Part shown: one piece after another, positions 1 to 12,035 of the stretch | Layout of the letters: every line of letters begins with the position of its first letter | Position numbering within the stretch: the stretch's first letter is position 1 | Source: Isurus oxyrinchus | Taxonomy: Eukaryota | Length of the DNA: 64,000 nucleotides | NCBI GenBank assembly: GCA_026770705.1 | Contig: JANJGN010000036.1 | Coordinates: 1,240,001 to 1,304,000 of the forward strand | Direction of reading: 5' to 3' | Program-made: the position numbers and the translations under genes | Notes under the pieces: generated by a model | What the model was told of the DNA's origin: nothing | Seen by the model: the letters and a program-made list of their open reading frames with translations, nothing else | The model's database searches: none

Positions 1-1029
1 AGGTCTTCCCCGAGACTTGGTAATATATTAAAGATTAACATTAAAGATAGGTAAGTCACAGGTCAGATTATCCCTCCAAAATTTATTAAAGTCATTCCAG
101 CTTTTTTTTTCTCTGTGAGCCCTGTTAAGCAATGCTCACTTCTATCTTCAGGCTGAACTTGTGGCTGCGCTGACGTTGCCACCATTTGACTTTGATTATA
201 TTTTACTCCTCCCTCTTGGTGAATCCTTGATGATTTCCCTCTGCTTGTGCAGTAGCGTCGATCCGCCAAAAGAGGGTGGGATTGTATCATTTTCACCACA
301 AGTTCGAAAAACAGGTTTTCGGAGAAGATGAATTGGCCCTTATTAATTAATTCAGTCACCCAGAGACAAAAGATCACACTTTGCAACCATCCTTGCTTCT
401 TCTGACATCACATTAGATATTTTACTCTCAACGCAAAATAAGTTCCGTAGCTGATATTTCACGCTGTTGTCCCTGGAATTATTTCTCTCTTTAGGTGTTT
501 ATTTCTGCTTCTTTCGAGGGTTAATGTTGCGAGCAACAGCTGCGCCAATAACACACACACAGCGAGAGAGAGAGAGGTGGTTAGTAAGAGAATTTGAGGG
601 AATGAATTGCACATTTAGGGCTTTGTTAGCTCAAGGCGCAGCCAACAATGAACACAGAACATTTACAGTGCAGAAGGAGGCCATTCGGGCTCATAGGGTC
701 TGCACTAGCTCTCTGAAAGAGAATTCTGCCTAGTGCCACTGCCATGCCTTATCCCCTTAGGTCTTGACATTGTCTCCTTTCAGGGGTTGCATAATAAAAA
801 TGAGGGAACCTAAAGAAGGGAGAATTAGACCAACACTTACACCAGAGGTTTGTGGAACTGGAAGATATTACAGTTTGGGAGAGATAGTTTGGCGAAGCCA
901 GTGCAAAATTCTACCATCATTGTGTGTAGGAGTGTTTCCTGTTTTGACTCTTGTAAGAGTTATGGATAACTGTTAGACTTTGGACTGTTCCCCTAGCCCT
1001 AGATTCCCCAAGCAGTAGAAATAGCCCCT

Positions 1030-2690
1030 CTCAACCTGCCCTATCAGTTTTCATTGCTGGACAGTGTTTGAGGAGTCGGGAGCTGAATTCTTCCCTGCAC
1101 TATTCCTAGCTTCTGGCCTGCACTTGTAGCCGCCGTATTTACATAGCTACTCCAGGTCAGTTTCTGCTGAGTGGTAACTCCCAAGATGTTGATAATCAAC
1201 ATTCAGTTACGGTAATGCCATTGAATGTCAAGGAGCAATGGGTAGATTTTCCCTTGTTGGAGGTGGTCATTGACTGGCACTTTGGTGACACGATTGTTAA
1301 ATGCCGCTTGTCAGGTCTAGCCTTGATATTGTCCAGGCCTTGCTGCATTTGGTCGTGGACTGCTTCAGTAACTGAGGAGTCATGAATGCTGCTGAACATT
1401 GTGCAGTCACCAGCGAACACCCCAACTTCTGACCTTATAATGGAATGAAGGTCATTGATGAAGCACCTGTTGATCGTTAGGCCTAGCACGTCCTCCTCAG
1501 GAACTCATGCTATGATGCCCGGGAACTTAGATGACTGATCTCCAACAATCATAACCGTCTTCCTTTTGGATAGGTATGACTGCAAACAGCAGAGTATTTC
1601 CCACGATTACCAATGGCTCCAGTTTTGCAAGGGCTCCTTGATGCCACACTCAGTCAAAGGCTGCCGTGATGTCAAGGCCAGTCATGCTGAAATTACGTCT
1701 GGAGTTCAGCTCTTCTTTGTCCATTTTTGAACCAAAGCTGTAATTAGGTGAAGAGCTGAGTGACCCTGCTGGAACCCAAACTGAGGATCACTGAGCAGGT
1801 TATTCCAAGAAAGTGTCACTTGATAGCACTGTTGATGACCCCTTCTATCTCTTTACTGATGATCGAGAGTAGACTGGCAGGGTGGCAATTGGCCGGGTTG
1901 GATTTGTCCTACTTTTTGTGCACAGGACATATGTTGTGGTATCTTTGGCAAACGGACCACAGGAGAGGCTCAAGTACAGGTTACAATAGTTTATTCGAGC
2001 AATTGCAAGGAGAGACCTAACTCAAGCAGCTTGAGGTAGCACTCTGCTAATTTGCAAGTGCTCAGCATATTTATATATCATTGGTCTCGTACAACAACAT
2101 TTTTCAGATTCCAATTTCGTCAACATATAGGCTTACATTAAACAGACATTTCTGGTAACAGGTACATGCATCATATATCCCTATTTTCACCCAGACAGAG
2201 ACCTTTCCTCCTGTCTAAACAAAACAATCTGTTCTTTCCCTACCTTTTGGAAACAGGCTCAACCTTAATTGATTTTCAACCCAAGTCTCCAGTCTGACTC
2301 CGAGGACACCTGGTCTAATTTATTTGCATTCTTCTATGTCCAGTCTTGCTCCCAGGTCCTTGCTGATGATCACAGGCCCTGAGTGTGTACAAGGTTCATC
2401 TGGTGGTTTTGACCTGTTTATGCACTTGCAGGCACTGGCTGCTTGGAGACATAAAGAGTATCATTCCCTTACAATAAATTCTTACGGGAATCGTACTTTC
2501 CTCCCTTACCTGGACAACTTTCCACATTGCCAGATAAACCCCAGTGATGTCGTTGTACAGGAAAGGCTTGGTGAGAGGCGTGGCAATTTCAGGGGCTGTA
2601 GCCATGAGCACTATTGCCGGAATATTGTCAGGGCCCAAAGCCTTTGCAATAAACGTCTTGACACCTTTCTGTTCATGCACATTCGTCTCT
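1030..2690 (-). mobile_element. Decayed L2/CR1-clade LINE RT fragment, interrupted by an insertion
   Basis: Minus-strand RT remnants: FINDLHSIIRSEVGVFAGDCT and KALGPDNIPAIVL...WKVVQV. Same family as 5190-6030 and 54310-55400. Confidence 0.8.
1932..2508. mobile_element. About 580-bp insertion nested in the LINE, possibly a solo LTR
   Basis: The LINE text ggacata|cctgg is split by unrelated sequence starting TGTTG. No clear TSD or CA end was found. Confidence 0.4.
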
Positions 2691-2774
2691 TCCTGTGCGT
2701 CATTCTTTACATCTGCATCACAGCACAACATGCAGCCTCTCTCTCCATCTCTCTCTCTGTTTAGATCTACAGCT

Positions 2775-2980
2775 NNNNNNNNNNNNNNNNNNNNNNNNNN
2801 NNNNNNNNNNNNNNNNNNNNNNNNNNNNNNNNNNNNNNNNNNNNNNNNNNNNNNNNNNNNNNNNNNNNNNNNNNNNNNNNNNNNNNNNNNNNNNNNNNNN
2901 NNNNNNNNNNNNNNNNNNNNNNNNNNNNNNNNNNNNNNNNNNNNNNNNNNNNNNNNNNNNNNNNNNNNNNNNNNNNNNNN
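2775..2980. other. Assembly gap
   Basis: Run of N. Further gaps at 26520-26649, 44316-44487 and 59615-59762, mostly beside simple repeats. Confidence 0.99.
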
Positions 2981-3479
2981 GCCCCTCGGTATTTCTGCTT
3001 TTTCATTACTCTCCCTGGGTTATATCTACTTTTGTTTTCTCTGTTACTCTCAGTTCTGCCTTTCTCCCTGTATTTCTTGGCTCCTTGCCCCCGTCACTGG
3101 CGGAGATTTTGCCTCAGTGCCATGGTGTTGAATAGTTGATAATTGTACCGTTATCCTTCTGTTTTTCATCTCCTCCGAATTTTATTCCCAGTGAGTGGTA
3201 AGAATAGTGGAGAGAGGTGGAAATGAGCGGCTGGTTCACAAGCAAGCGGTTTGCACGATTAAACCTAGTCAAAGACCAGCCCAGTGGTAGGTGTGGTGGA
3301 AAATTAATTATTAATGTTTAAAATGAGGAGGATTTTGTACTTAAGATTTAAAATGATGCATTTCGAAGAGGGACTAACGCATGATGTGAATGTCTTTTAA
3401 GCTCAGAGATGGACTGACAGCGGTGTGGTTGGAGGGGAGGACAGAAGGAATAGTAAATCTAAATGGGGAGGAGGCGAAT

Positions 3480-3800
3480 CAAACTGGGGATCTGTTCACA
3501 TGGAAGTGGTGAATTAGATAGTGTTGTATTTGGAGAATGGGGGAATCAGACTAGGATCTGTTCAAAGGGTGCTGGAATCAGACTAGGATCTGTTCACATG
3601 GAAGGGGGTTCAGACAGGGATCTATTCACTGCATGAGGGCATCACGCAGATACTTGTTCATATGGTTGTAGCAAATCCGACAGGGGTATGTTCACAGGGG
3701 CGGAAATGAAGACAGTTGTTCAGTTCACAGGGACGGGGATATCACATAGGGATCTGTACAGAGGGCAGTGGAAAAGCAGACTGGTGTCTGTTCACAGGGA
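3480..3800 (+). repeat. Degenerate minisatellite, unit about 29-30 bp
   Basis: Recurrent cagac(t)agggatctgttcaca(t/g)gg. Its reverse complement (gaacagatccc...) recurs at about 52880-53100. Confidence 0.7.
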
Positions 3801-4319
3801 GCGGAGTCATCCCGGGTAATTCCACTTACTAAACAATCAGCACTATCTCCTTCTTGCTTAGCCTGATGTTGTTATTCTTGCGATTTTCCTAATGAGTGCA
3901 AGAGGAAAAACTTCAAGAAAATGTCTTTTTCAACGATACTCAAGTTCTGTGCTGTCTTCACTCTCTTCCAGTACAGTGTGTGACCTTCTTTCATACTTCA
4001 ATAAACACAAAGCTTGATCGGATTTGCAGTTCTCATTTGATATAGAACATCATCTGCCGCCTTGTGTTACAGAGGTCACATTGATAGCAGTGCGGAACAT
4101 GAGCAGAAGAATTCCCAGGTAATTTGCTATGAATTAAGCAAGTGTTAGCGCTAATCATCATGCACCTTTGAAGAAAATGGCATTTGACTTTTGTTTTTGA
4201 ATTTATTTTTTTACATCCCTAACGCCCACTAAAACGATTATGTCTGCTATTATATTTGATACTTGAGGAATCTCTCTGCATCACACTAACTCACCTTACT
4301 AACATTGCTCTTTCTTTAA

Positions 4320-4830
4320 TCCCTTGGTGAACTCCTGCAGTGCCTTTTGCAGATAGAAAACTCTGCGGCTACCATGCGTCGGTGGTGGAGGGAGTGAATG
4401 TTTGTAGATCTGGTGCCAATCAAGCGGGACTGATTTGTCCTCGATGGTGTCGAGCTCGTGAGGGTTGTTGGAACTGAACTCGTCCAGACAAGTGTAAACT
4501 ATCCAATGCACTCCTGACTTGTGTCTTGTAGATGGTGGACAGGCTTTGAGGAGTGTGAAGTGCACCTGGACGCAGCACAAGGTTAAATGCGGTTGTGAGA
4601 TCCTTCTCAGGCTTGTTCTGCGCTCTGCCATTGGCTGTTATTTTTGCAACTAATGTTAAATCAGGAGACAAAGCGAGATCCCAGTGGAAACTTCTCCCCC
4701 TGATGACCAATGACTTCAGTTTTCTCGTGCTCCTTGATGCCACACTCGTCAAATGCGGCCTTGATGCCAAGGGCAGTCACTCTCACCTCACCTCGGGAGT
4801 TCAACTCTTTCTTCTAATGTTTGACCTACG
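4320..4830 (-). mobile_element. L2/CR1-clade LINE fragments
   Basis: Minus strand encodes PQSLSTIYKTQVRS and ELDTIEDK, matching the plus-strand copy at 5190-6030. Confidence 0.75.
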
Positions 4831-4869
4831 GCAGTAATGGACGAAAAATCTGAATCCCGAGGTGAGTTA

Positions 4870-5188
4870 AGGTTGACCTGAAGAGGGACCCGGTTTCGAA
4901 TCCCACCACGGCAGATGGTGAAATTCGAATTCAGTAAAAATCTGGAATTAAAGATCTGATGGTGACCGTGAAACCATTGCCAATTACACCAAAAACCCAT
5001 TCGGTTCACTAGTGTCCATTAGGTAAGGAAACCTGCCGCCATGGGTTGGTCTGGCCTACGTCTTTCTCTAGACCCACAGCAATGTGGTTGAATCTTGAAT
5101 GTCCTCAGAACAAGGGCAATTAGGGATTGGCAATAAATTATGGTGTAGTCAGCTTTTCCAACAATCTATGAACGAATAAAAAAAATCG
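4870..5188 (+). mobile_element. tRNA-derived SINE
   Basis: B-box-like ggtttcgaatcc near 4891. The 3' tail (gggcaattagggattggcaataaat...atgaacgaataaaaaaa) resembles the 3' end of the neighbouring LINE family. Confidence 0.65.
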
Positions 5189-5189
5189 G

Positions 5190-6035
5190 TACTCCTGAGA
5201 TACTGAAGTATTCCATGCCAAAATGTAACAAAGCCTCGACAGTATACGGGCCTGGGTTGAGAAGTGGAAAGTAACATTTGCTCAATGCAAATGGCAAGTA
5301 ATGGCGATCTCCAACAATGGAGAATCTAACCATCACCCCTTGACATTCAATGTCATTAACATAACAGAATCCCTCACTCTCAACATCCTGGCGGTTACCC
5401 CTGGCTAGAAACATAACTGGGATAGACAGATAAACACTGTGGCTACAAGACGAGGTCAGAGGCTGGGCCTGCGACGAATAACTCATCTCCTGATTCCCCA
5501 AAGCCTGTCCACCATCCACAAGGCACAAGTCAGGAGTGTGATGGAATACTCTCCACACAACTGGATGAGTGCAGCTCCGACAACACTCAAGAAGATTGAC
5601 ACTATCCAGGGCAGAGCAGCCTCTTTTGATTGGCAATCCATCGGCAGACATTCGATCCCTCTAGCACCGACGCACAGTAACAGCAACGTGTAACATATAG
5701 AAGCGCACTGAAGGAATTCACCAAGTCTCCTTAGACAGCACCGCCAAAACCCACGGCCGCTACCACCTAGAAGGGCAAGGGTAGCAGGTTGATAGCAACA
5801 CCACAACCTGGAATTTCCCCTCCAAGTCACTCACCGCCCTGACTTGGAAATATATCACCGTTCCATTACTATCGCTGGGTCAAAGTCCTGGGACTGTCTT
5901 CCTAACAACACTTTGGGTGTACCTACACCACAGGGACTGCAGCAGTTCAAGAAGGCAGCTCACCACCACCTTCTCAAGGTAAACCAGAGATGGTTGGCCC
6001 AGCCAGCGAAACCCACATCCCATGAATCAAAAAGA
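5190..6035 (+). mobile_element. L2/CR1-clade LINE 3' end
   Basis: ORF 5439-5693 (RLGLRRITHLLIPQSLSTIHKAQVRSVMEYSPHNW) is an RT C-terminal region, followed by 3'UTR and an A-rich end. Confidence 0.8.
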
Positions 6036-6159
6036 AAGCCTATCGCCCATCTCCGATTGCATCTGCTGTGTGCTGTCAACTCACAAATTCACACACTCAT
6101 ACAGACGCTCACACAACCACTCTGCCTCCCTCACACACATAGCCTCGCACACATCCGAT

Positions 6160-6640
6160 CTCAAACCAGCTTATATTTCACCTCATTTCTATTTTCCCTT
6201 AGTGCTGATGAAGAGTAATATGGATTCGAAACAGTAACTGTATTCCTCTCCGCAGATGCTGGCAGACCTGCTGAGTTTTTCCAGGTATATTTGTTTTTCT
6301 ATTGCCTAAGTGTCTGTGTGAGAGCGTGAGTGTATAAGTGTGGGGGTGAGGTGGGGGGGGGGGGGGGGGGGGTGGGGTGGTGGGGGGTGGCTGTTGGTGA
6401 AGGGTGATGGGGGGACAGGTAGAGCTTGATAGAGGGCCAGTGATAGATGGAGATTGCCAAAAGATGTCATAGACAAAAGGACAAATATGTGTTGACGGTG
6501 GAGATATTATCTTAGAAATGTGCTACTAATGACATTAAGGGTAGAAAGCAGGACAACAAGGTTCAGATAGCCCTAGTGGTGGTGGGGTGGGGGAAAGGTA
6601 TTGAAATTAGCTAAAAGGTAGAGTTAACACTTAGGCAACA
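6160..6640. mobile_element. Penelope-like element terminal fragment with inverted segment
   Basis: ctgatgaagagt...ttcgaaac...cagatgctggcagacctgctgagtttttccag motif, recurring at 7200, 8935, 35780 and 43925. PLE assignment is inferred from the motif. Confidence 0.55.
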
Positions 6641-7193
6641 TCTCGGATCTCAGTACTAGTAGAGGTAATTCTGTTTTAAGCCCTCCTCTCCAGTCGCTTG
6701 CTCATCTTCCAATCACTTCAATCTACTGCAAACTAACAGTTGGAACCTATAAGCATTCGGAAGATATTTACGATGGCTCCAGGTTTTCTTTCATTTGGAA
6801 CCTTTATATAATCTGTCCCCTCGAGGAGTTGTTTCACAGAGTTGCCCCTGAGAATATCAGTTGTGTTTCCTTCTTGATGAGAAATGTTGAATCTTGTGAA
6901 TTCACAACGTAGATAATCAAGCTCCCAAACAATAGATATTCTTTTACGGACTTTATTAACTGCAGTAACACAGACTAAACTGTTCAGCAATAATTGAATA
7001 AGTTCACTAAAGGCCATTAAGATACAAAATGAGAGATAATTGTTAAAGTGTATAATAAGAACACTGGATTCTACAGGTTCATTTTAACAAACTATTTTTA
7101 ACAACAATCAGGTCGCCAAGACCGTTACAATGCGAGGAAAGAGCAGACGTTAACTTCCAGAGGAATTGAATTGGAAGGCACAATCAAACTTAC

Positions 7194-7341
7194 TTTCTAC
7201 TACTCTGTATCTCAGAAGGGTCATACGGACTCGAAATGTTAACACTATCTTTCTCTCCACAGATGCTGTCAGACCTGCTGAGCTTTTCCAGCATTTTCTG
7301 TTTTTCTTTCAGATTTCCAGCATCCGCAGTATTTTACTTTT
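7194..7341 (+). mobile_element. Short Penelope-derived repeat
   Basis: gaagggtcatacggactcgaaa...cagatgctgtcagacctgctgag, flanked by an aaactta direct repeat. Confidence 0.65.
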
Positions 7342-7624
7342 AAACTTAAATGTAACCTTGCTTCCATCACACTCACCTTACTGTTAGCAGTGTGCAATGA
7401 TGGTTTTTAAGGAAATGAATAGGAAGGTCTACAATCAACTTTGTGAGATTAGGAGGCGCAGAGTCAGAGTTGAAGGATTGAATGAAGCTGAGAGGGAGAA
7501 AAGAGGCAAATGACAAATTTCCAACTCACAGCGCAGTACCATGCACTGAAGAGAGAAACACACACGCATAGACTGCTTCATCTTTAGTCGTGTCCCCGTA
7601 GCTGGGGTGTCTCTGTATCACACA

Positions 7625-7631
7625 TACACAA

Positions 7632-7682
<51 letters not shown>

Positions 7683-8050
7683 TAATACAAATCCACACAC
7701 ACACACAAACGTACGCACACTCAAACAGATTTCGCAACACACCCACATCTTTTCGGTCCCAATTTGCCATCCGTTGGATACTGTCAGAATCACACACCCA
7801 TAAATCTCGACCAATGCACCATCAGCTGGTTATTGACAGAATCTCACACAAAAACACACACATTTTTTCGAATATGCCCTCTGCTCGATATTGTCAGAAT
7901 CACACACACACAAACACACATACACACATTTTTTTCGAATGTGCCCCCTGCTGGATAGTGTCAGAATCAAACAAACACACACACCACACACACACACATT
8001 CTTTCGAATGTGCCCCCTGCTGGATAGTGACAGAATCACACGCACACCAT
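7625..8050 (+). repeat. CA microsatellite plus ggata(c)tgtcagaatcacaca repeat
   Basis: The same motif array occurs at 44490-44970 and 50160-50520. Confidence 0.8.
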
Positions 8051-8089
8051 CACACTATAGAAATATACCCATGGATTTCCGTTTATGTC

Positions 8090-9186
8090 CTGGGGGTGAT
8101 TTATTCGGAGACTGCATTTTCTTCAGAACTAGTGAACTACTGCAACTGATTCTTCGAATGCAACCCTCCATTGAACACAACTTAGCAATCTGATTGGAGA
8201 AACTCAACTAACCAAACGCACTCACTCAAGTGCAGTCTACCCAACAGGCAAAAGCCAGCACTGCCATCTTGTTGGTGGAACTGTCCCGACAGAGATGGGG
8301 AAAGAGCTAACGATTCATTTGCGCTAAGTGATAATGATGTGCACGATCTGAATTAATTTCACTTGCTCTATTAGCCTCAGCCAATAGTGCGGGTCCATTC
8401 TGGAGTGGTACAGAGCCAACCTTATCAGCACAGTAGTAGAAACCAGAGCCGTGCACCTGGACGTTGCGAATTTCTAGTATCAATTGATGTTTGTTGTTGC
8501 CTCTTTTTTTTGGAAATAAACGTACAATCGGCCCACTAACAGGGACGGATATCGATTAGTATCGGGCCTTAACAACAGGTATTTTGACCAGAAATTGCAA
8601 GACACTAATGTGTCTTCATAAATGTAGTGACAGGTTAATTGCTCTGTCTGGCCGACTTCAGCTGTAAAATTGAAGGGGCTATGAGACCGAGTGAGCTCGG
8701 ATTCTGGAACTAGAATGATTATTGTTACATTGCCATTGAGAGAGAAAGGAAGCAGCCGCTTTGAAATACGTGACCTGTAATTTAAGAACAATAATTCTTG
8801 GTTAGATTAATTTTCCAATTTGTGTTTTCTTCACTTTACAGCAGGAACCAGTAGATAAACTCACATGATCAGATTAAGTTCATTTACCGAATCGCTGGGT
8901 CAAATTTTCAGCTGGATAAACACTTTTTCTAATAAAAACAAAAAATTGCGGATGCAGGAAATCCAAAACAAAAACAGAATTAACTGGAAAAGCTCAGCAG
9001 GTCTGGCAGCATCGGCAGAGAAGAAAAGAGTTGACGTTTCGAGTCCTCATGACCCTTCAACAGAACTCTGCTTTTGTTAAACACTTTTTCTGGCTGATTC
9101 CTGTTCAATGTTCTCACCCACTTCTTACTCATCATAAACACGCAGCACTTGGAAAATGAGCATCAGAGATAAAGATTCCTTGGCAA
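8090..9186 (-). pseudogene. Type A V(J)-C1 pseudogene
   Basis: Leader homolog about 9186-9133 has lost its ATG and its donor (GT to AT). V exon 8703 to about 8376 reads ESELTRSHSPFNFTAEVGQTEQLTC...IDIRPC*WADCTFISK...LILEIRNVQVHGSGFYYCADKVGSVPLQNGPALL, with a frameshift and a stop. C1 start DSSTNKMAVL has a mutated acceptor and internal deletions. Left boundary approximate. Confidence 0.85.
8931..9077 (-). mobile_element. Short Penelope-derived repeat with 14-bp TSD in intron 1 of the type A pseudogene
   Basis: taaacactttttct at 8917-8930 and 9078-9091. The homologous intron of the intact gene lacks the insert. Confidence 0.75.
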
Positions 9187-10359
9187 CTTGACGAGGTGAG
9201 ACTTCCTTGCTTTCGCTCTCATTGGTTTGTTACTGCTGGCGCAGTGAGCTCTGACTGACCTGAGCTCAGAACCAATGAGCTGCTCCACTTTCTGATGTTG
9301 TGGAAAGTACGGTGAACTTTGCTAATGAAATTATGACACCATACTAGGTACGGGTCCTTGTGAATGCCACTTGCATTTGACGTATTGTGAGCCACAGCGG
9401 TGAAATGGCAGAATGCTTATTAAGGGCTTCATTGGTTTGTCATTCAGAGCGGTGGTATCAGCACGCGACCTGTAGGGGAAAAGGTTCAATATTGCAGTTA
9501 AAGATTGATTCGTCCTCGGGATGTAAGCGTCACTTGGAAGGCCAGCATATATTAACCATCTTGAATGGCCTATTCAGAAGGTTGTGGTGAGCTACCCTCT
9601 TAATGTGCTGCAGTCCATGTGGTGTAGGTACACCCAGAGTGCTGCTCAGGAGGGAGTTCCAGGATTTTGACCGAGTGGCATTGAAGGAACTGTGGTTTAT
9701 TCCAAGTCAGGATGGCGTTTGACTTGGAGGGGAGATTGCAGTTGGTGGTGATCCATGTATATGCTGCCCTTGTACTTCTAGGTTGTAGAGGTCGCAGCTT
9801 TGGAACGTGAACGCCAGGAAATCAGAACGTTACGTCACGTGTTCAATATAATTTATTCTGCAAAGAGGTTTTAAGATTCTTGATGCAGCTTGTTAAACGC
9901 AGAGACTGGAAAATATTGAATGCGACTTCTGTACATTGATTTGAATTTAAGTACGATTATCTCGTTCTGCAAAATACAAGTTGCACACAGACATAGAATG
10001 GAATTCGACTGGAACAATAGGTTCTTGCACTGAACTTATCGGGAATCAATTGCACGATACTCTTTCGACTTCAGTTCTACTCCTTAACATTTGTGTGCAC
10101 TGTCGTCCTTTCTGTCAAGCCTCATCTGTGATATAAAGCAGCAATGGGGAATAGCCTCAATTCAGTGTCCTGAGTTCAATGTGGAATGTAATGTACAAAT
10201 GATTTAACTGATTGACCCCCGCGAAGAGTTTCAAACAATAATGCATGTTTCACTTTAAATCCTAATCTAAGTGCAACTACAGCAGGTCAATGGAAAATTC
10301 ACTGCGCAGCACTTCACTGTTAACCTTCTTTGATATTAAAGTTTACAAAGTTACTTAGG

Positions 10360-12035
10360 ACTTACAGCACAGAAACAGGCCATTCGACCCGAACCTCCGT
10401 GGTTCAGGTTATTCACCACACGGGACTTCTCCTTTCCTCTCTTCCTTCTCAGCCCAACAGCTTATTCATTTATTCCTTTCTTGCACATGTGTTTGTCTAG
10501 CTTCGCACTTAAACAGATCTCTGCAAGCCTCTACCACTTCCGATGGGAGCAGTTTCCACAATCTCCCTCCTGTCTAGGTGAAGGAGTTTCTCCTGAATTC
10601 ACGACTGGATTTATCTCATATTGATGACCCTTAGTTACAGAGGACCATTAGAGCACAGGAGCAGGATTAGGCCATTTCGTGTTTCGAGCCTGCTCCACCT
10701 TTCAATATGATCATGGCTGATCTGGTTGTGGTCTCAAATCCACTTTCCCATCTGTTGCACATAGTCCTTGAGTCCCTTGCCGAACAAAATTCTGTCCATC
10801 ACGGTCTTGAATAAGCTCAAACGCCCAGGCACCGCTACTTTGTGGGGAAGAGAATTTCACACACCGACGACCATTTGGGCGTCAAAAAATCTCCCCATCT
10901 CTCTCTTAAAATGGAGACCTATTTCTTTGAAACATGTCCCCTAGCTTTGTGCACTACAGGAAACATCCTCCGGCTATCCGCTCTATCCAGGCCCCTCAGG
11001 AAGATATACCTTTCAATAGGATCACGTTTTACTCTTCTAAACCCCAATGGGAATTCCTGAATTCCGTGGAATTTCCTGTTGGATTGAATGATGACCAATA
11101 TTTTTGAAATCCTGCCGAAGTAGAGCCATCTTCCCTACATCTGCTGAAATGAGGCATTTCATAATTTTAAAGTCCTCGATCGAATCACCCCTCAATCTTC
11201 CCATTTTATACGAGTAAAGAGCCGCTGCCTGTTTAATTTCCCTGACATTTATAAGCTTGCCGTATTAGAGTCATCCTTGTTAAATATTAAATGTACCTTT
11301 TGAACTGCCTCTGTAATGTTTCTAGAATTTGCAAAGCTTTGTTCTGTACTCCAAGTGTGGTCTAACAAATGTGAGTACATACCTGCTGTATGATGTAAAA
11401 CAGATGAGTGCGTGACAGTATCTCATACTGCAATAAACAGGAAAACCGCAGAGAGCTGTCACCATCGGCATATTATCCAACCCCTATCTTGTATCTATGA
11501 ATAAAGACAGAACGTTATTCAGTCTGCACATTTCACACCTCCTTCACACCGAGAGATCTAGAGCGAGTTCGCAATGAGAGTCCGACCGTCTGAAGTCCCG
11601 GACAATGAGCTTCCTCGGTGTGTGTGCATTGTCCCATCTCTTCCAGGGTGAGATATCCTAACATGTTTAGATAGAGTGGACAAGGAATTGGATACAGTAA
11701 ATAAGGAGAAACAGTTTCCACTGGGCAAGAGGGTCGGTAACCAGAGGGACACAGATTGAAGAGAATTGGCAATAGAACCAGGGATTGAGATAAGGTTCTA
11801 TTTTAAGTAAGTGAGTTGTTGTGATCTGGAAGGTGCTGCCTGAAAAGACGGTAAAGCCGATTCAATCGGCAGTTTCAAAAGGGAAAGTGGATAAATGCTT
11901 GAAAGGGAAACAGCTGCAGGGGAATGTGAGAAGGAGAGAGTTGAGAGCGGAGGCTAACTGGAAAGATATCTCAAAGTGCTAGCACTTTGAAGGGCCGAAT
12001 GGCCTTTGCCTGCGCTGTGCGGTTCTATAAGATGT
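10360..12035. mobile_element. Cluster of decayed CR1 3' fragments in both orientations around the B1 promoter and leader
   Basis: Typical CR1 3'UTR text (acaggccattcg, gaatggcct, ctccaagtgtggtct). Boundaries approximate; the B1 promoter and leader (about 11380-11650) lie within. Confidence 0.6.
11435..11456 (+). promoter_or_regulatory. ETS-type motif (ACAGGAAA) abutting a RUNX-type ACCGCA, upstream of the B1 leader
   Basis: aaacaggaaaaccgcagagagc lies 170 nt before the ATG. Homologous motifs occur at 20354-20370 (B2) and 37159-37180 (B3). Factor binding is inferred from consensus only. Confidence 0.45.

Noticed and set aside
2544-3135. ORFs spanning N runs (also near 26.4, 44.1 and 59.3 kb)
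   Set aside because: Their length is an artefact of assembly gaps.
3480-3800. CRISPR-like array of about 30-bp repeats
   Set aside because: Eukaryotic context, degenerate tandem units without unique spacers, and no cas genes.
7375-7490. TCR-like TM exon on the minus strand (TLRLLI...TFLFISLK, gtgagt donor), also near 44105 and 49950
   Set aside because: All three copies contain stops, and the plus strand resembles the CR1 PHLEYCVQF region, so the hydrophobic reading is probably antisense LINE sequence.
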